Below, one piece after another: positions 36,216-49,704 of a DNA stretch of 64,000 bases. Numbering within the stretch: position 1 is the stretch's first letter; each line of letters opens with the position of its first letter. Where the stretch lies: positions 41,106,001 through 41,170,000 of the forward strand of contig NC_043013.1 of assembly GCF_006345805.1 (NCBI RefSeq), given 5' to 3'. The position numbers and the translations under genes are program-made. The notes beneath the pieces were generated by a model. It saw nothing but the letters and a program-made list of their open reading frames with translations. It was not told the DNA's origin and did no database searches. This DNA is from Octopus sinensis. Taxonomy: Eukaryota.

Positions 36216-36739
36216 TTTATCTTCGTATATGTATCTGCGTATATGCACGCACACATACATAATTACGCATAGGCATACATACGCAGGTACACACACACAC
36301 ACACAGGCAGACACATACATATATATATACTGAATTGAATCATGCAGCTAGATCTTTGCGCAATGTTCATTCCTTTCATGATTAGGTCCGGGATTGTAAA
36401 AGGTTAAGTGAATTTGAAAACGTTAATGGCCATCCATACGCATGCAGCAAGTAGTTTTTCTCAAATAAGACCTCATGCACCGGAGCGTACTGATCATGCA
36501 CGTAAGTAAAGACACAAAGTGGCTACATATTGATTTAAAATTTTGGCACAAGGCCTGCAATTTCAGGGTAGCTGGTAAGTTGATTACATCGACCCCAGTA
36601 CTCAGCTGGTTCTTAAAATAAAGAAGTGAAGTAAATTAGTGGAAATTGAACCAGTGCGTGTGTTAAATAATAAGGCATAAAAAGAGAATGACTCTCTCCA
36701 GACACAACAATATATGCTTCAACACACAAACTCACATAA

Positions 36740-37426
36740 AGAATCTTGCAATCCCAATCCACCGAACCCACTTCTTCCTGTTAGATTCCTCTATTAGTGG
36801 GCCAGATGTTGGCCCTCACAAAAAATAGCACCTTCTCATCAAGAGGGCCTGTGTTGCTTTTGACCCATGGCATGGGGCAGAATCCTGGATAAGCACCACC
36901 TTGTCAAGCCCAGACTTCTGCTCCATCCAAGGTAAGAGAGTTCTTCAGGATGTCCAGACACTCCTTTGTGCCGATCTTCAAGCCAGACTCTATGCAGTGT
37001 GGATCCATGACACGTCCATCACTTGCCACGGCTCTAAATACCATAACAAAGGCAGAATTCTTAGTCTCCGACACAGCGAGGACGTCAGAAGGGTTGTATG
37101 CAATTCATCTCTGCGTCCACAAACACGAGAGGTTTCCCTGCACCTTGATGCTTGATAAATGACTAAGCATCTCTCGGCTCTGCTGCTTTGGAGGTGACGG
37201 CATCGTTGAACATAGCTAGTCATGCCAAGATTCCTGTTCACAGCTCTGAGCACCTTGGAAAGAGACACATTGCGCTTCTTTGCAAGAGTTGTCATAGATG
37301 TGGGTGGGTTGGCTACAATTAAGCATTTGAGGATTAGATTTTCAAGCAAGCAAAGTTTTGTCAGAAAATGTAATGTTAAACCCACTGTCTACTGCTTAAA
37401 ATTGGTCTTAATGCATCTGCAAAACC

Positions 37427-37430
<4 letters not shown>
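36740..37430 (-). pseudogene. Decayed Tc1/mariner-superfamily (maT/DD37D-like) transposase
   Basis: Minus strand: SMTTLAKKRNVSLSKVLRAVNRNLGMTSY (HTH) ... VMVFRAVASDG ... VVLIQDSAPCHGSK; several frameshifts. Confidence 0.75.
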
Positions 37431-37474
<44 letters not shown>

Positions 37475-37601
37475 AAATACAAAATGGGACAAGAACGCAA
37501 AACATTCAAATAGACGATACAAAAAACACGGACGGGTCATTCGAAGCCTCTAATCTTCAGTCAAGAACCGGATCATCTCGCGATTTTCGGCTGATTAATC
37601 T

Positions 37602-37635
<34 letters not shown>

Positions 37636-37664
37636 TATATATATATATATTATTATATATAGTT

Positions 37665-37865
37665 AATCCAAACATGAAACACAAAGAGAAAACACAACAA
37701 CGCAAGAACGTGGAACAAGCATAGTTTTATAGGACGCTCAGGAAAGGAAAGAAAGAAGGAGGATTTAACGTTTCGAGCGGAGCTCTTCGTCAGAAACATA
37801 GGAAAAGGAAAGATCCAAGGAAGGGAAGACGGAGGAAGAAATCGCCAACGATACACACGCGGTCA
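37665..37865 (-). mobile_element. Penelope-like tail repeat with hammerhead
   Basis: Embedded in (TA)n; contains the motif at 37763-37797. Confidence 0.65.
37763..37797 (-). ncRNA. Minimal type I hammerhead motif
   Basis: GUUU CUGACGA A GAGC UCC GCUC GAAAC GUU AAAU: stem I GUUU/AAAU, stem II GAGC/GCUC, palindromic AACGUU in place of stem III. Confidence 0.7.
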
Positions 37866-38340
37866 CATTACATATATTATATATATATATATATATACAT
37901 ACATGTGCACGGGACGATCCAAAATGCCGAAAAGCAATGGAACTACATTTCATCAAAAAATTCTCTCTAAAATTGAATGTTTTAAAGAAAAGCAGAAATA
38001 GTACAATTCGTGTTATACTAAAGTTCTTTAAAGCAAAGTCATGGAACTGAAAGAGGTATGATCGAAGTTACACAGTATAAACATGGACATGTTCCCAAAC
38101 ACACACACAGACGCGCACGCACACACACTCAGATGTGCACGCGCGCACGCGCACGCGCACAAATATATGTGTGTATGTATGTATATATACATGTATATAT
38201 ATATATGTATGTATGTATATATGTTATATATATATATATATATATAGTGTGTGTGTGTGTGTGTGTATATATATGTATATAGTATATATGTATATATATA
38301 TGTATATATATTGTATATATATGTATATGTATATATATAT

Positions 38341-38390
<50 letters not shown>

Positions 38391-38640
38391 GTATAGATAT
38401 ATATGTATATATATAATGTATATATATTTAATATAGGATAAAATTTATTTCCGGAAAAATTTTTTATCAATGGCCAGCATATCAAAAAATGCCTTTAAAG
38501 GTAAAATTTATTCATAATTTACAAGATAAGGGCAGAAGAAAAATTCTAATGCCAAATATGCCGAAACAAAAAATTTTTTTGTCGATAACCATTAAAATTT
38601 ATGCGTCTCGTAATAAACCGATAGAAATCTCTAAAAATTT

Positions 38641-38711
38641 CGTTATTACCGTATTGGTCCAATTTCGGGGTTAATTCATAAGAAATTTTCTCCTCTTCAG
38701 TGGCAAATACG
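38641..38711 (-). ncRNA. Type I hammerhead motif (copy with two mismatches)
   Basis: CGUAUUUGCCA CUGAAGA GGAG...CCCC GAAA UUGGACCAAU A CGGUAAUAACG; A-C mismatches in stems I and II. Confidence 0.65.
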
Positions 38712-39117
38712 CGAGATATAAATGAAATACTTACTCATACCCAAGAAAAAGCAAACACCAAGTCCCGAGCAGACTTAAGTACCCCAAATATATCCAAAAT
38801 AGAAAAAGTCTTCGGCGCACCTCGAGACACGTGTGATTCGAACTAGAAACTTTCGCAGAGTGATAGAATCCGGAAGTGAACACTAATCTATTTATAATTA
38901 ATATAGGATAAAATTTTTTTCGGGAAAATTTTTTTATCAATGGCCAGCATATCAAAAAATGCCTTTAAAGGTAAAATTTATACATAATTTACAAGATAAG
39001 GGCAGAAGAAAAATTATAATGCCAAATATGCCGAAACAAAAAAATTTTTGTCGATAACCATTAAAACTTGGTGCTTGCTTTTTCTTGGGTATGAGTAAGT
39101 ATTTCACTTATATCTCG

Positions 39118-39188
39118 CGTATTTGCCGCTGAAGAGGGGAAAATTTCTTATGACTTAACCCCGAAATTGGACCAATACGGTAATAACG
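39118..39188 (+). ncRNA. Type I hammerhead ribozyme motif (intact copy)
   Basis: CGTATTTGCCG, CTGAAGA (39129-39135), GGGG-19 nt-CCCC, GAAA (39163-39166), stem III ATTGG-A-CCAAT, AUA triplet with predicted cut after 39177, stem I 3' strand CGGTAATAACG. Confidence 0.8.
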
Positions 39189-39313
39189 AATTTTTTAGAG
39201 ATTTCTATCGGTTTATTTCGAGACGCATAAATTTTAATGGTTATCGACAAAAAATTTTTTTGTTTCGGCATATTTGGGCTTAGAATTTTTCTTCTGCCCT
39301 TATCTTGTAAATT

Positions 39314-39334
39314 AAATGTATATATATATATAAT

Positions 39335-39378
<44 letters not shown>

Positions 39379-39451
39379 AATATGTATGTATATATGTGTA
39401 TATATACATATATTATATATGTATGTATATATATATGTATGTATATATATA

Positions 39452-39496
<45 letters not shown>

Positions 39497-39526
39497 TGTA
39501 TGTATATATATATATATGTATGTATG

Positions 39527-39568
<42 letters not shown>

Positions 39569-39570
39569 AG
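39314..39570. repeat. (TA)n/(TATG)n microsatellite
   Basis: Direct reading. Confidence 0.95.
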
Positions 39571-39739
39571 AGGGCATTATACATACATGCCAGAAGGCAT
39601 ACATACATGCCAAACGCTAAGAGGGACAATTAGTCATTTCTACCAAAAATATTACTAATCCCACCGAATGCAATTTTTCAAAGTAAGACATTTAAAAAAT
39701 ATAGACCTGTATCACAGTGATTTCATACTTACGTACTCA

Positions 39740-39806
<67 letters not shown>

Positions 39807-40174
39807 TTTTATTTTATTTATTGATTGATTTTTCAGGGTTAATTTGCAAATATTATACCAATGTATTTTCATGCAGAACTACATTTCATCAAAAAATTCC
39901 CTCCAGAAATGAATGTTTGGAAGGGGTGTATTCTAAATACAACTCAAAGAGGAGAAGAACAAAGAAAGAGGGAGAAAAGAAGGAAAAAAGGGCGGAAAGA
40001 GAGAAAGAAATCAAAATGAATTTTAGTAATGACCAAACCGCACTTTTGTTTTTTGAAGGGGTCACCATCCTTGAACCCACTCAATACAATGATAAAGGAC
40101 TAAATAAATGAATAAATGAATAAATGGTGAATAAGAAGGGGATACCCCTTCTCTCTGTCTTTCCCTCTACCTAT

Positions 40175-40545
<371 letters not shown>

Positions 40546-41182
40546 TCTATCTATCCATTTCCATTATCATGCAGCCGCACCCAAGAAAACAATAACAACG
40601 TTCTCTTCTAAACAAAACTCCCGAAAAGCATTTGTTTTATATAAATAAACAAGCTGTTTGTACATTCACAAGATTTTATTTGACAAGTTCGAGAAAGGAA
40701 CGAAAGCGTTAACAATAATGAAGAAATAAAAAGAATATAAACAAATACTTAGTTGCAAAATCTCAAGAAGAGAAGAAGAGATAGAGTTGCAAGTATATTA
40801 AACAGTAAAGCCAGTCGCCACATCAAAGTGGCTGTTGAATATTAATGTTACATTTACCGTACGGCACCTTGAACAAGTTTCTTCGCAAATCGACATTCAA
40901 TAGTCACTTTGATGTGGCGACTGGTTTTACTATACACACACACACACACACACATATATATACATATATATTACATATATATACATATATATATATATAT
41001 GTATATTATATATATTATATATAATATATATACATATATATATATATACATACATATATATACATATATATATATATATATTATATATATAATATAATAT
41101 ATATATATATACTATTATATATATAATATATATTATATATATATATATTATATATATATATATATATAGATACAGATATGTA

Positions 41183-41225
<43 letters not shown>

Positions 41226-41326
41226 TATATACCGGGTAAACACATAAATGTGAAACAAGGTGGAAAAAAAGAGTATTCAAATCCAGGGTAGAGTAATATG
41301 CTTTATTTAAAGCAGCAGAAAATTCT

Positions 41327-41375
41327 AAAAACCTGTTACTCTGAGTTTCACGTTGCCGTTCATCAGACAGTTTTT
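41327..41375 (-). ncRNA. Compact type I hammerhead ribozyme in a Penelope-like tail repeat (41232-41382)
   Basis: AAAAACUGU CUGAUGA ACG GCAA CGU GAAA CUC A GAGU A ACAG G UUUUU: 9-bp stem I with one bulge, GNRA-capped stem II, palindromic stem III, GUA triplet. Confidence 0.8.
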
Positions 41376-41498
41376 GCTAGCAATATATATATATATATAT
41401 ATATGTGTGTCTATACATGTGTGTGTGTGGGGGGGGGGTAGAGTGTAAAGATGTGATTTTGACGACTATTTTCAGTATATATATATATATAGAGAGAG

Positions 41499-41616
<118 letters not shown>

Positions 41617-42149
41617 TACATACATAATTCATACATACATACATGTTTCTCTCTACGAAATTCACAAGTCTTTTGTCGATTTGTGTAGAAACTTATTGAA
41701 GGTGCCGCACAATGAACCCAAGACCCACATAGCTTCCTAAGCACACGACCACGCCTGCTCCCGTTACGTAACACAGATGGATTATTGATCCAGAAAGGAT
41801 TTCATGTTAAATTAAGCAGCATAACTTCTTGCTTCGATTTGTTTGATAATAATAGCACGGGGTATTCCGTGAAATACTTTGCTGTGTACCCTATCGATGT
41901 TATTTTCGACCTTGAACCAGTTAATTACATTGACAAATGAAGGCAATAATAACTCTAGTTCACACTGAAAAAATACAAACGACGATGTTTGACGTGAAAT
42001 ATGGTTTAAATTTTCACACCACTTCGTGGGCGTATATTTACTAAATGAACTACGTCGCATTGTGATTATATAATATATAATATCTACATTATATATGATA
42101 CACTGAGTTACCTTAAATTCAAATATAGCCTCGTTTTGTATAACAACAG

Positions 42150-42165
42150 AACGCTGCTGCTGCTG

Positions 42166-42215
<50 letters not shown>

Positions 42216-42216
42216 G

Positions 42217-42248
<32 letters not shown>

Positions 42249-42278
42249 ACTACTACTACTACTACTACTACTACTGGA
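42150..42278. repeat. (CTA)n/(CTG)n trinucleotide repeat
   Basis: Direct reading. Confidence 0.95.
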
Positions 42279-42279
42279 T

Positions 42280-42603
42280 GGAAGCACTCCGTCGGTTACG
42301 ACGATGAGGGTTCCGGTTGATCCGAATCAACAGAAGAGCCTGCTCGTGAAATTAACGTGTAAGTGGCTGAGCACTCCATAGACACGTGTACCCTTAACGT
42401 AGTTCTCGGGGATATTCAGCGTGACACAGAGAGTGACAAGGCCGGCCCTTTGAAATACAGGTACAATAGAAACAGGAAGTAAGAGTGAGAGAAAGTTGTG
42501 GTGAAAGAGTGCAGCAGGGATCACCACCCCCTGCCGGAGCCTCGTGGAGCTTTAGGTGTTTTCGCTCAATAAACACTCACAACGCCCGGTCTGGGAATCG
42601 AAA
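42280..42603 (-). mobile_element. SINE family B, head truncated
   Basis: GAAGCACTCCGTCGGTTACGACG...CACTCACAACGCCCGGTCTGGGAATCGAAAC. Confidence 0.9.
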
Positions 42604-42859
42604 CTACTACTACTACTACTTTCACCAACTCTACCACCAAGCAGAAGAGGAATAGCACTAGCAATAACAAAACAACGACACCACCAGCACCAACACAAGG
42701 AATAAAAAAAAGGAAAAGAACAACGAGACCGCCACCACCAGAAAGACTGTGCGGAAGCCTCTCTCCGCGTAGTCCATCGGCATTATACAAATAGCTGCCA
42801 AAAAAATGCAGGAATTAATTAAATTGTAAACGTTTTAAATATCAAGAGAAATCATCCTT

Positions 42860-43075
42860 TCTACTAGAGACACAAAGCCTGAAGTTTTGGTGGAGCGGGG
42901 TGACTAGTCGAGTATATCGATCTCAGTTAATAACTGGTACTTATTTCATTGATTCTGAAAGGATGAAAGGCAAAGTCGACCTCGGCGGGATTTGAACTCA
43001 CAACGTAAAGACGGACGAAATGCCGCTAAGCCTGTTGCACTGCATACAAACGATTCTGCCCCAGCTCACCACCTT
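42860..43075 (-). mobile_element. SINE family C
   Basis: GGATGAAAGGCAAAGTCGACCTCGGCGGGATTTGAACTC...GCCCCAGCTCACCACCTT. Confidence 0.85.
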
Positions 43076-43122
43076 AAATAATAATAATAATAATAATAAT
43101 GATAATAATGATAATAATAATA

Positions 43123-43183
<61 letters not shown>

Positions 43184-43203
43184 TAATAATGATAATAATA
43201 ATA

Positions 43204-43270
<67 letters not shown>
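43076..43270. repeat. (AAT)n with an 81-bp higher-order pattern of GAT variants
   Basis: The same four-GAT pattern starts at 43101 and 43182. Confidence 0.9.
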
Positions 43271-43339
43271 GAGCACTCAGAGAGCGCGCAAACCTCCGCC
43301 AAGGCAACACCAACGTCCTCTGAACGATTTGCCAGAGAT

Positions 43340-43583
43340 ACTCTTTACTCTTTTACTCTTTTACTCTTTTACTCTTTTACTTGTTTCAGTCATTTGACTG
43401 CGGCCATGCTGGAGCACCGCCCTTAGTCGAGCAAGTCGACCCCGGGACTTATTCTTTGTAAGCCCAGTACTTATTCTATCAGTCTCTTTTGCCGAACTGC
43501 TAAGTGACGGGGACGTAAACACACCAGCATCGGTTGTCAAGCAATGCTAGGGTGACAAACACAGACACACAAACACACACACA

Positions 43584-43668
<85 letters not shown>

Positions 43669-43830
43669 CATACGACAGGCTTCTTTCAGTTTCCGTCTAC
43701 CAAATCCACTCACAAGGCATTGGTCGGCCCGGGGCTATAGCAGAAGACATTTGCCCAAGATGCCACGCAGTGGGACTGAGCCCGGAACCATGTGGCTGGT
43801 TAGCAAGCTACTTACCTCACAGCCACTCCT
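43340..43830 (-). mobile_element. SINE family A, full length
   Basis: (TTTTACTC)n tail, GTTTCAGTCATTTGACTGCGGCCATGCTGGAGCACCGCC, CORE-like domain and tRNA head. Confidence 0.92.
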
Positions 43831-44504
43831 GGCTCTCACAAACGAGAATACTAAAAATGAACCTGACCGCTTTCAAAAATTAAGTTTAAAAAAAAAATCG
43901 GTAAAATAATCCAGAATCCTTGTCTGGTACCTGATCGATCCCTGTGGTAGGGATCGATCCACATGGAATGTGAAGGTCCACATCGATCCACATGGAATGT
44001 GAAGGTGGCTGTAGAAAATTTAGTAACAGCAATAAATAGTTTATCCTTATCTAATATAAGCCAAAGTTAACAAATTCACCATTCAAGATAATTTCAAAGG
44101 CGGAGACAATAATAATAAGTTTTACTCAGGAATTTTTAAATGAATAGCATGAGACCTTTTGGTTTTCTCTTCTCTTAAATTCCGGCCTTCCTTTAGTATT
44201 CCTGCTGTATTAGATCGATGTATAGATGTAAGTACATATGTAAGTATACTGTAAAGAGTTAATATGTATAATATATAATATATATATATTATAAAAATAT
44301 TTTAATGTTATTTAATTTCTGAACGGTTTTGCTGTCGTTTGTTTATGTAGTTTGATTTCTTTATCCATCAGTCTCTACTAAGATAGAGACGCGAGTAAAA
44401 TCAATAATAGAGAAACGAAAATAAAACTTTGGAAACAGCCTAAATGGAGATAATTGAGAAAGACTTGAAAGTCAACGTAAGATCGTAATCATGTAAAGTA
44501 AAGC

Positions 44505-44702
44505 AAATATAACAGATAATCCAGAATCCTTATCCTGTACTGGATCGATCCCAAAATCTAATCAGTTCGTGCCAATTACGAGGCCAAACATCCCTGAAAG
44601 TTTCATCCCAATCCATTCAGCGGTTCTTGTGACATCTTGTCCACGGACAAACAAACAAACAAACACGACTGGAAACAATACCTCCGCCTTCACTAAGGTG
44701 GC

Positions 44703-44710
<8 letters not shown>
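44505..44710. mobile_element. Helentron/MITE-like fragment; partial duplicate at about 43905-43945
   Basis: ATAATCCAGAATCCTT...GATCGATCCC...AAGTTTCATCCCAATCC...ACCTCCGCCTTCACTAAGGTGGCGGT terminal hairpin. Confidence 0.5.
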
Positions 44711-44753
<43 letters not shown>

Positions 44754-45574
44754 CGTTAGAGCGTCACAAAAAATAGTCCTTTACGGCTTTCGGTCTAGCT
44801 CTTTACGTTCTGAGTTCAAATCTCATCACCAAAGAATTACATCCCTGCAGAGTCGCACAACTTCTGGCATTGTGCCTAAATTAGAAACAATTATTATTAA
44901 CATGAAAAAAAATCTTTAATATAATCTCTAACTCTTGTGCGCATGGGGTGAAAATGTGAGGAAGAAACTGTTTATATTGTTAAGTGGTAGAACACAGTGA
45001 TGCAATTTTCAACGTGTGATCCCTCCTAAATGAATATCTACTACACAGGATTAATAAAATTCCAAGACAAGATAACCTATTAAAATTTTATATCAATGTA
45101 TTATCCAGTTACAAATGAAGTAATGCGAGTTAAAAAAATTCAGGTGTTTCATCTGGCATTGAATCAAAAGTAGTTTTGTACGTTCATGTTTTGCGGTCAC
45201 GATTTTGTATATCTTGAAACTTCATTTGAAATTGTTCCAAATGAACGAAAAACTAGAGATAAGGTTTATGGAAGTGTAAATAAAAATATACGGTAAGTAA
45301 AAGTATACTGCAAAGTACTTGCAATTAGTTCAGTCGATTGCAAGATTAAGAGAGTTCAGATCTCATGTAAGAGAATCCAATGGGTTGTTGGTATGTGTGA
45401 AGTAAATCTTATGGCATATATTAACAGTTACTGCTTTAAAAGTAGGCTGTAGAGGGCTTTGTTTGTGGCAGCAAAATGACACTTCGGTTTTCTTCTTTAG
45501 GAATGAGGCTGACCGGTGTCGTTTTCTTTTCTCACGCCTGCGCACTTCTAAGTTAAATTCATACACATACTCGT

Positions 45575-45946
45575 GGCACTCCGTCGGTTACGACGATGCG
45601 GGTTCCAGTTGATTCGATCGACGGAACAGCCTGCTCGTGAAATTAACGTGCAAGTGGCTGAGCACTCCACAGATACGTGTGCCCTTAATGTAGTTCTCGG
45701 GAAGATTCCACGTGACACAGATTGTGACAAGGCTGGCCCTTTGAAATACAAGTAAAACTGAAACAGTGGGAGAAAGTTGTGGTGAAAGAGTACAGCAAAT
45801 TTCGCCACCAAACTCCCTGCCGGGGTCTCATGGAGCTTTAAGTGTTTTCGCTCAATAAACACTCACAACGCCCGGTCTGGGAATCGAAACCGCGATTCTA
45901 CGTCCGTGAGTCCGCTGCCCTAACCACTGGGCCATTGCGCCTTCAC
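45575..45946 (-). mobile_element. SINE family B, full length
   Basis: Head GGCGCAATGGCCCAGTGGTTAGGGCAGCGGACTC...GGTTTCGATTCCCAGACCGGG on the minus strand, with complete tail. Confidence 0.9.
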
Positions 45947-45973
45947 TCGTACAGATACATATAAAATCTATAC

Positions 45974-46031
<58 letters not shown>

Positions 46032-46090
46032 ATGCATGCATGCATGTATGTATGTATGTATGTATGTATGTATGTATGTATGTATGTATG

Positions 46091-46124
<34 letters not shown>

Positions 46125-46189
46125 TGTATGTATGTATGTATGTATGTATGTATATATATATATATATATATATTATCTTACACCTCTTG

Positions 46190-47004
46190 ATAGGTTTATT
46201 CGAACAAATCGACCCTAGTTCTTATTTTTTAGTCTGGTTTTTGTTCAATCGGTTATTTTTTGCCGAACCGCTAGTTTACAGGATATAAAAATAATCCCGC
46301 ACCGGTTGTCAAGCGCTATTGGGGTACAAATACACACACATGAAGACAAACACACACCACACTCACACTCCCACATATATACGACGGACTTCCACACAGT
46401 TTTCGACTACCAAATCTGCTTACAAGGCTTCGGTCGGCCTGAGGTTATAACAGAAGACACTTGAAGAGTTTAGTGGAACAAATGGACCCTAGTTCTTATT
46501 TTTAAGCCTGGAACTTATCGATCGCTTCTTTTTGCCGGACCGCTAAGTTACGGGGATGTAAACAAGCCAACACCGGTTATCTCTTTTACTCTTTTACTTG
46601 TTTCAGTTATTTGGCTGTGGCCATGCTGGAGCACCGCCTTTAGTCGAGCGAATCGACCTCAGAACTTATTGTTTGTAAGCCTAGTACTTATTCTATCGGT
46701 CTCTTTTGCCGAACCGCTAAGTAAGTTACGAGGACGTAAACACACCAGCATCGGTTGTCAAGTGATGTTGGGGGAACAAACACAGACACACAAACATATA
46801 CACACACACATACATATACATACATAAATATATACCTATATACGACGGACTTCTTTCAGTTTCCGTCTACCAAATCCACTCACAAGGCTTTGGTCGGCTC
46901 GAGGCTATAATAGAAGACACTTGCCCAAGGTGCCACGCAGTGGAACTGAAACCGGAACCATGTGGCTGGTAAGCAAACTACTTACCACACAGCCACTCCT
47001 GCGC
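46190..47004 (-). mobile_element. Cluster of SINE family A copies (two partial, one full length at 46581-47004)
   Basis: Repeated GAACAAATCGACCC..TTCTTA...GCCGAACCGCTAAG modules; complete copy with tail and head. Confidence 0.85.
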
Positions 47005-47346
47005 AAGCACAGTTAGGGGACAACTACAAACACAAAGACACACGCTTGCAGGCTACTCCTCGTTTAGATAACCTACTGCTTCTGAGGTTCCGCTAGTTAT
47101 GAAACATATGTACCCTGGACTTTATCTGTTACGTTCCCTAATTTAAGATGTTTATTCGCATGTACACCAAACCCTGCTGCTCACCGTGAACTATAAAATA
47201 ACCTTTTTCCAGCTTATCTAACTTGGATACGGGGAAAATGCATAACCTTCTGCGCCGATAAAACACTATTGTTTCTGCACATTTTTTAATATCTTCTACG
47301 GATTGCTTGAAGCTTACTAACTTCCTACACCTTGATCCTTGGATCT

Positions 47347-47384
<38 letters not shown>

Positions 47385-47385
<1 letters not shown>

Positions 47386-47992
47386 GCGCACCTAGAATCA
47401 CGTTGCCAGGCTCAGTCCAACTATGTGATGCCTTGGGCAAGTGTCTTCTACTATAACCTGGGGCCAACCAAAGCCTTGTGAGTGGATTTGTTAGATGGAA
47501 ACTGAATGAAGCCTGTCGTATATGTGTGAATATATATATATATAAATTCAGGGTGAATACTTGATAAGTGTAAGCACCTGTTTTTTTATTTCATTTGATG
47601 CATATATATATATATATATATAGATAGATAGATAGATAGCTAGATAGATAGATATAGATATATGTATGTGTGTGTGTGATTGTGTGTATGTGTGTCTGTT
47701 TGTCTCCGCCTCCACCGCTTTACAACCGGTGTTGGTGTGATTATGCCCTTATAAATTAGCAGTTCAGCAAAACACGTCGATAATACTGGGGTCGAAATAT
47801 TTGACCATAAATTCTTCAAGGCGGTGCCCCAGCATGGCCGTAGGGCTTCTACATACTTTCTGTCTAGCAAATCCACTCACAAGTTTTGATCGGCCCGAAG
47901 CTATAGTAGAAAACACTTTCCCAAAGTGCAACGCAGTGGAACTGAACCCGAAACCACGTAGTTGGGAAGCAAACCTGTTACCGCACAGCCAC
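47385..47992. mobile_element. Decayed SINE family A fragments in both orientations
   Basis: GCCTTGGGCAAGTGTCTTCTACTATA (plus) and CAAATCCACTCACAAG...GCAGTGGAACTGAACCC (minus). Confidence 0.75.
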
Positions 47993-48586
47993 GCATGTAT
48001 ACATCCATATACACGTTGTCGCACACACTCACATACCGTATAAACACATACAAGAATATAAAAATACGCCAAGCTAAAATAAAGGAAACTAGTTTATTAC
48101 AAATAACAAAGATATCATATAAAAACAAACTAATAAACTGGCGTCTAACTAGTAGTATTATATTGCACGTTTCTTTTAATATGATGACTGGGGGTTATTT
48201 GAATCTATAAGATTATCAAGCAAGAATGAACATTATTAGACTGAAATCCTAGACAAGTGGCTCAAGTGCACATTTGCGTTATGAGGTGCAAAACAATGAT
48301 TTTGCTATGTTGCTATGTGCACGCGTGGCGACAGCTGAAAGGGTAACAAGTTTGCGTCGCAAACACATAGATTCGGATTATTTTGAGCGAGCACGTTGTG
48401 TCTTGAGTAGAGTGTCCTCTACTATTGGCCTCTGGTTGACCAACGGCTTGTGGTTATTGAATTAATTAGACAGCGACTAATTGTAAGTGTACCGTATATA
48501 TATAATGTATATATATATAGATAATATATATATGTGGTATATATACACCACATATATATATATATATATATATATCTATAATTATA

Positions 48587-48667
<81 letters not shown>

Positions 48668-48689
48668 GGTGTGTTGTGTGTGTGTGTGT

Positions 48690-49002
48690 GTGGAGGGCGC
48701 AATGGCCCAGTGGTTAGGGCAGTGGAATCGCGGTGTAGGATCGCGGTTTCGATTCCCAGACCAGGCGTTGTGAGTGTTTATTGAGCGAACATACCTAAAA
48801 CTCCACGAGTCTCCGGCAACGGGTGGTGGTGATCCCTGCTGTACTCTTTCGCCACTACTTTCTCTCACTCTTTCTTCTGTTGGCCTGCTCGCTTAGCCAG
48901 CGGGGTGGCGTCATTCGAAGGCTAAAACAATGCGAAACGCATTGTGACCAGCGATGTGTAGCAACATCTGATAGCCTGGTCGGTCACGGTGATCACGGTG
49001 AT
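48690..49002 (+). mobile_element. SINE family B head and body with an alternative 3' tail
   Basis: Matches family B up to CTTTCTCTCACTCTT, then GGCCTGCTCGCTTAGCCAGCGGGGTGGCG...GGTCACGGTGATCACGGTGAT instead of the usual tail. Confidence 0.8.
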
Positions 49003-49203
49003 ATATATATATATCTCAGATGCAGGACGGATTTTTGTCAGTGAACAGGTCGCGGATTTTAGCGACGAAAATATTTTGACAAATTAAACTAAATGTTGAA
49101 GTGAATCGAACGGCTTTTGTGTGTTTCTTAAAGGCTTATATAACCACCTTCCACGCTGCAATTTGTATATATATATATATAATATATATATAGATATATA
49201 TAT

Positions 49204-49256
<53 letters not shown>

Positions 49257-49410
49257 TATATTATTAGAGAAAACCACTATTTATGTAGTTCAAACAATGA
49301 TAGAAACAAACCAAATCATAAAAGAAAAAAATCACAATAAATTATATATAACTAGATCACAAAAAGTACAAAAAATAAGAAACAATATATAATAAGTAAA
49401 AAGACTACAC

Positions 49411-49487
<77 letters not shown>

Positions 49488-49668
49488 CATATACATACAC
49501 ATACACCTATGTATATAGTCTTAAAATAATAAAACACAAATCTTGTAAATACAAACTATCCAGGGTTTCCTGGTGGAAATGTTTAATTTATTCCACCATT
49601 TATCAAGCTGAAAACAAGACCAAATCCTTGTGGTTGGATTTACAAGGCAGACATGTATGCAAGCCCGA

Positions 49669-49699
<31 letters not shown>

Positions 49700-49704
<5 letters not shown>

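Larger units (their letters stand above)
38428..39314. repeat. 470-bp tandem array (about 1.35 units) followed by an inverted partial unit (retrozyme-like)
   Basis: ATATAGGATAAAATT at 38431 and 38901 gives period 470; 39066-39314 is the reverse complement of about 38515-38764; flanked by (TA)n. Confidence 0.92.

Noticed and set aside
38520-38595. Opposite-strand second ribozyme in the 470-bp unit (GGCA/TGCC, GAAAC-A6/T7-GTC)
   Set aside because: No CUGANGA core and no stem I partner, so an ambisense viroid-like pair of ribozymes is not supported.
42998-43397. Poly-N, poly-I, poly-L and poly-Y ORFs
   Set aside because: (AAT)n microsatellite.
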